Below, piece after piece: positions 58,401 to 64,000 of a stretch of 64,000 nt of DNA. Both the position numbers and the translations under genes were made by a program. The notes beneath the pieces were generated by a model. It had not been told where the DNA came from. It ran no database searches and saw only the letters and a list, made by a program, of their open reading frames with translations. Source of the stretch: Oikopleura dioica (lineage: Eukaryota; Animalia; Chordata). Location: the NCBI GenBank assembly GCA_907165135.1, contig OU015569.1:2976001-3040000 (forward strand), written 5' to 3'. Positions within the stretch are counted from its first letter, which is position 1; every line of letters begins with the position of its first letter.

Positions 58401-61400
58401 AGACTGGCAACGGGTCAAAAGGATCAAAACTGCGCAAAGTGCATTAAAATCGTTATTGCGCCGCATTTGCGTCACTTTCATGTAAATAGGGACGACATTT
58501 TGTTCCTTCCATCATCAGATTTATTTTCATCAGATGAAAAAGGGTTATTATACCCAGCCACCAGCTTTTTTCATGAAAGAAACATTTATCGGACTGTATT
58601 TTGCATTATTGGGATGAAATTTCTTTTGAAAAAGAAGGCTAGTTATATAACTCGAAAAATATCTTTGGCAGTCATTTTCAGGCAAAAACTGCGCTCATAA
58701 AATTCGCGAAATTGATTGTTGCTTGTTGACCTTGTGCCTGACATTGCCGTCGTCATGGCTGCAGATAGCATCAGTGTCGATTTTGCGGCTCTCTCTTGCG
58801 CTTGTTTCTGCGAGTAAGAAGATGCACAAGATGCTGAGCATGCGCCGCAGACTCTTCCTTTGGGCAGGTTTCGCACTGGCCCGGGGCGCGTTAATAAGTC
58901 GACAGCTTCGCTTCTTCGTTTCAAGGTAATCTCTTCGAAGCTTCAGTAAAAAATCTCTTTCGGTTTAAAAACTAGGTGTATTCCATACGAGGCATTTTCT
59001 GTTTCGGGCACACACTTTTTGTTATTTTTGGGCACACTGCTGAAAATGATATTTGCCTTTGAAAATTGCGCTCGACTTTAGTGCTTGGAAATGGAAAGCG
59101 ATCCCAATGGCGCATTTGCAAATTATTAACTTTGGAGTAGGAACTACTCTCACTCGCCGCGGGGCATTCTCGCCACCGCGGGAACAGAATTATAGCATTG
59201 CTAGTAAACTTTAAGCACCTTTAGATAGCCTCCGGCTACTTGAAGTACAATTTCCGGCGATAAAACCGCGCCCGGGGTCGATTTAAAATGCCAAGTCGCC
59301 AGTACATTCAATCGCTGTTCTTCAAACTCGTATCCTGTAGTCGCTATTGAATACTCAACTTTGGATATTGCCCATTGCTTTGTATTGTACCCGATTGGTA
59401 CTTTTGCGAATCTTGATCAACTTGCTATCCTGATTCTATCTGTCGCCTACGGTGCTTCTCCAAATCCACCGCGAAAACAGTTAGTTAGATTCTAATTTGT
59501 CGAGATAAACGAGTTTTCTCGCGTGTGGCTACGAGAGTCCAGCTGTCAGAGAATATGATCGCAAATGGCAAGTTGAAGTGGCTCTCTCGCCGCTGCTCCC
59601 TAAAAATTGTCGATCTCTTTCGACCGAAATACGCCAAGCTCGAAGCTGAGCCCGCAAGAGTTAGCATTGTTGTTTTCCAAAGGTAATCCGTGAAGCCGAT
59701 GTGCTCAGCCGTAGATTTAATGTTTTAAAAAGCGATTTCGAAGCAAGCGAATGCTTCCTTTTTTAGAACGCTAATTTAGCTCTTTTCAGTTAAAAAATTC
59801 AACTAAAATAACTCAATTTTCGCGCTGCGGTAAATTCATTATTTTATCCTTCTTGGACTTGGTTTATTATGATTTACGTTCAATAGTAACGTGCTTGTAT
59901 GGACCTATATTTATCTGTTACAAGGTGTCGCCGAATAAGCAATCCTAGTGGCAACAAAGCCTTTCAAAGTTTCTTTCGAATCGGGCTCTTAGTTCTAAGC
60001 AGCATAAAAACACAGGTTACTTATTATCCTATTTCTTTTAGAAAACGCCAAGACGAATTGAAGGATCTGCTATTGCCAAATGAAGATGTCGTCTAAACAA
60101 TTTCAGAAGACGATCTAAGTAGAGCTGTTCTCTTTCTAAAACTGTAAAAAATCATTATTATTATCAGCCCTGTATATTTGTCAACCTGTTTATACTCACA
60201 TATCAGCCACTGCAAATTCAAAGTAAATGATTTGAAATAAAACATAATTTATGCACATAAATAACGATGTATTTTGATAACAATAAAATATTTGAGATTC
60301 CTAAGTAAGCACTGCTTTGATTAACAAAGTGCCATTTTTGAAAGCAATTTATTCTGTCAACTAAAACTTAAAAAGATAATAATGCAAAGTTTTCGACGAA
60401 CAAATTGATTCAAAAAGGTTCAATTTTATAAAAAAAAAAAGTTTCAAAAATTTAAAAAAATTGCGATTTCACAGAGCATCTGTGACAGAGGGTAAAGATC
60501 TCTCTTTTTTATTAGATAAATTGAAAATCTCGTGATTGTTATCCTACTTCTGTGAGAACAGTGAAGCCTGCAGGAACACTAGTAGTAGCGAGAACACGGG
60601 TTTTGTTGTATCCACGTGTTCTTCGACGTGGAAAAAAAATTCAATGATTTCATTTTTCGTTTTTTTTTTTTCGGTAAATTTTGAAACAAGGAGTCACTTG
60701 AATTTCCAATGCTTATTTTGTTCTATTAATTGGCCGTTTCTAAAACCGATTGAATGTTCCAGCAAAATGGCGGCCCTTGAAATTCGCTTGTTGATATTCA
60801 TTTCATACAAGAGCATTTCCGCCTTTGAATTCGCGCCCGAATCGAAGTGTTTCTGTTTCAGTCCAAATCTACACTTTTTCTGACATCACCAGCGCTATTT
60901 TCGACGGTGTTACTTTTCACGTTTTCGACTGTTGCCAAAACACAGAAGAATAAGAGTTTACAGCGCATTTAATTGCAATTTGGACTGGCCGTCAATTACA
61001 ATACCCAATTAATTGAAAATTGAAAACTAAAAATTGCTAATTCTAGTAAGCCGCGTATTCTACTTCCTTAATAATTTCAATAGAGTTTTTAATCCGCTCT
61101 AAGTAGTAGTTGAATTTATTCCAGGGGCGACCCTCAAACTCGACGGGTCAATTCGGACATGAATTTAAATTTTAAACAAGTTCAATCACAAATTCTAAAA
61201 CAACCAAATTTATGGCAACAGCAAACTAATAATGTTTATAATAATCGTCGGGGTAGAGGTCAAAACGTACCAGTTGCACAATTTTCGATTGCAAAAGCGA
61301 GCAATAATATTCGTAACTTCGAGATAACTTACTAAATTTAAAGCTCTTCCCACGGAAAAAGAGATGATAAATTTGAAATTAAATTAGTAGGACCAAAACA

Positions 61401-61755
61401 AGCTCTCCCAGCAGTCACATGATCGATGAGGATTCTGACGTTGTTATGTTACTTATGGTTTTCTTTGGCGAATTCGGTGACACTAGAAGGGGGCGCTAGA
61501 ATGGTGCGAGGTGGCGCGGCGGTGCTAGAAAACGAAAGCGATACGCGTGGATACCGCGCGGTGCAAGCCCTCTCCTGCTGCGCTTGTGATTTTCTCAACT
61601 CCAGAACCAAGAGCTCGAAACAGTTTTACAATTTCAGCTAAACTCTGAATAAGGGTGCTAGTTGAAAAGAAATATACATAAACAGGAATCGCAACAAAAA
61701 GGAATAGCGAAAAAGAAATACAGAGAAAAGAAGTACAGATCGAACGAAATCAACG

Positions 61756-64000
61756 ATGAGATTGCTCCACACTACTATTCTGGCTGCTACAGCCGCTTCT
61801 CAAGGTAATTAAAAAAAAAGAAACAGAAGATAGGAATTGAAATAAATTTTGAATAAAACAAAATTCCCGAAAAAGAAAGTTTATTAGAAAAAAGAAGCAC
61901 AGATTTTTTCTTCAAAAAAAATTTATAGTGTCCTCACTGAAAATTGCTTTCTTGAATGTATGATCTTATAAGAGATATTATCTGGTATCGCCAGAATCAC
62001 TTAGAACGGGCCGAGGCATTAACGTGATGCTGCGGGGAAACTAAGTCAAATATGCTGTCCGCACAGATGTCCCTTTTTTGACATGTGAATTTGCATCCAC
62101 CTTGGATCGCTTTTGGGGCAGAACTTTTTATTAACAAAATCAAGTGTCTTCGCCCTAAAATTTCTTATATCTAAAGAAGCTTTAGATCAGTCAGTAGTAG
62201 GTCAATCTGTCTGTCTAAAATCAAAAACCCCTTAAAATATCTTGAAAAGAAACTTTTATCAAACCATTTAAAATATCTCTTCCACGTAAAAAAGCTCGCT
62301 TAAAAGTGGTATGGGTCTGTAAGAGGCTCGGAATGCGCCGCAGCCAAAACGTTTCGAATCTCAGAAGGCTGTAACGTCATAAACGTTTACAGAAAATTGG
62401 CAAGTCCTTTTACGCAAGGGCGAAATATGCGTTTTTTCTTTGGCCAACGTTTTTTTTGTCTTTTCAAATTAGAAAATCAGCAGCCTTTGCTCCGAGCATC
62501 TGTTTTATTAAAAATAAATTCCTTTTTATTAAAAAACCTCTTTCTGCTCAAGTAAAACGTCATATAGCCCCTGTAGCCTACTGTTAAACGTGCGAAAATT
62601 CATGACAGAGTTTTGCTGTGCTTGAAGTATTTAATTCGCTGCGGGAAGATTTAGAAAGTATTTTCGTGCATGAAAATTATGTTTTTGCGTACGTAATTGA
62701 GTGAGACCGGAAGTTAGGATCGTGTTGCCCGTTAAACATGAAATATAGGGAGTTCCCAAGACGCAAAATAGTAAGCTAGGCATTTAGCAAACACCCGTGA
62801 CAGCCCTAAAACGTGCGCTGGCGATGGCACATGGATCGCGCGCGCGGCAGGGTTAAATTTGAAATCATTAAAAACGCCCCTTCTCATCCAGAAATCCGAT
62901 TTTTAACTCATGCGAGAGGGATTATCAGGGAGAATCGAGCCTCAATTAATTTCAATTTCTCTGAAAAATGTCCTGTTTTCCGACAAAATCGCTGAAATTT
63001 CTTTCAGAATCCATATCTTGGCAAGAACAGTTGATCAATCGATTGAGCCAACACACGATTTCAAACAGCTGGAGTCTGCATTCTAGCTCTCTCGAAGAAG
63101 ACGACTCATGCGCCGATCGCTGCATCCTGAACCCATCCAATCGTCTCTCGTGTGGCCGTTCGCGAAGCCGAGACCAGTGCGACTCGCTCAACTGTTGCTG
63201 GGACGCAGATTCCGAAATGTGCTACAAGCAGGTAAGACGCGATTAAACCTGCACTAAGGCCACTTTAAAATTTCTATTCAGGTATTCGATCACTGCCCGA
63301 AGGATACATGCGAGCGCATTGATCCTCAAGATCGACAAATGTGCTCAGAAATTCTCGGCCCAGATCTGAATCAGGAAGAATGCGCAGAACTCGGATGCTG
63401 CTATGATAGGAATGGATAGAAAACGATCTTAGCTTCGATTTTCCGTCACCACTTAAAAATCTATCGTTAGGGTTAGGGTTAGGGTTAGATCCAGGGTTAG
63501 GGCTAGAAATTCTAATTGTGGAAATTTGTTTTATTCATAAAATTTTTCTTGAAAAAAAATTTTGGCATTTTAGAGTAATTTGAGAGTGTGATTTTCTAAC
63601 CTGCTCAAAAAGTTACGTCGACTTTTGCTACTCATCGGTTCCAAAGGAGACCGCAATGGCACCTGCAACACTGGAATGCGAGAGCGTCGAATCTTCTCAG
63701 AAGGAGTCTTGTGGATATGGCCTGTCCCGTGACGCCTGTCTCGAGCGAACGGGTTGTTGCTGGCACGTGGATGAAAACGCATCCACTTATTGCTACAAGC
63801 TAAGGATTTATAATCATAACTAAACTTTGCTCATCAATAATTTGGTCACTTATTGAGACACAGTGAATTGTGTAAAGAAAATAAGAAGATTGAATCCAAA
63901 ATAGTCTGCTATCGTTGGCGCGGCAAACAACTTCACTTCTTTGGCTGGATCGTCTCAAATCGACATTACGGTTGATGACATGGAACTCATGGTTTGACAG
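61756..64000 (+). CDS. Secreted multi-trefoil (P-type) domain protein, truncated by the window end
   Basis: Signal exon MRLLHTTILAATAASQ at 61756-61804. Trefoil 1 CILNPSNRLSCGRSRSRDQCDSLNCCWDADSEMCY, trefoil 2 CERIDPQDRQMC..EECAELGCCYD|SYVDFCY, trefoil 3 CESVESSQKESCGYGLSRDACLERTGCCWHVDENASTYCY. Confidence 0.85.
63467..63502 (+). repeat. Interstitial telomeric-type repeat inside an intron
   Basis: (TTAGGG)3 TTAGAT CCAGGG TTAGGG within the trefoil-gene intron 63410-63612. Confidence 0.7.

Noticed and set aside
58643-58924. ORF with RVCGACSASC suggesting a FYVE or zinc finger
   Set aside because: The remaining zinc ligands are absent. It may be an unresolved 5' exon of the guanylyl cyclase or a chance ORF.
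1-64000. tRNA, rRNA, spliced-leader RNA genes and autonomous transposase or reverse-transcriptase ORFs
   Set aside because: None were recognised by eye. A tRNAscan-SE/Infernal run and a TE protein search would be needed to exclude them formally.

Overview
Intron-containing eukaryotic DNA with no prokaryotic features. Gene density is about one per 2-3 kb, most introns are 40-100 nt, several introns need GA-AG or GC-AG ends, and the proteins are divergent animal types. This points to a compact larvacean tunicate genome of the Oikopleura type (inference). About 25 genes were assembled by hand: an intronless trefoil+7xTSP1 secreted protein, a tropomodulin-like gene with nested MITEs in one intron, a GnRH-receptor-like GPCR, a CUB-TM protein, an SCP2 protein with a mitochondrial-type presequence, a Q-rich AT-hook protein, a secreted Cys-repeat + M15 zinc peptidase, an HSF-like factor next to an array of six tandem exon-intron repeats, SoxD, ABHD14-like, SLC43-like, alkaline phosphatase, a Hand-like bHLH, a J-domain protein, a DEG/ENaC channel, a divergent caspase, a receptor guanylyl cyclase with an altered catalytic motif, and a multi-trefoil protein running off the right end. 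Several MITE/foldback elements and short telomere-like repeats are also present. The best leads are the M15 peptidoglycan-hydrolase-like gene, the exon-repeat/HSF locus, the QCCYG short-linker caspase, the IGAD cyclase and the nested MITEs. All gene models come from manual reading without database searches, so internal exon boundaries and some gene ends are approximate.
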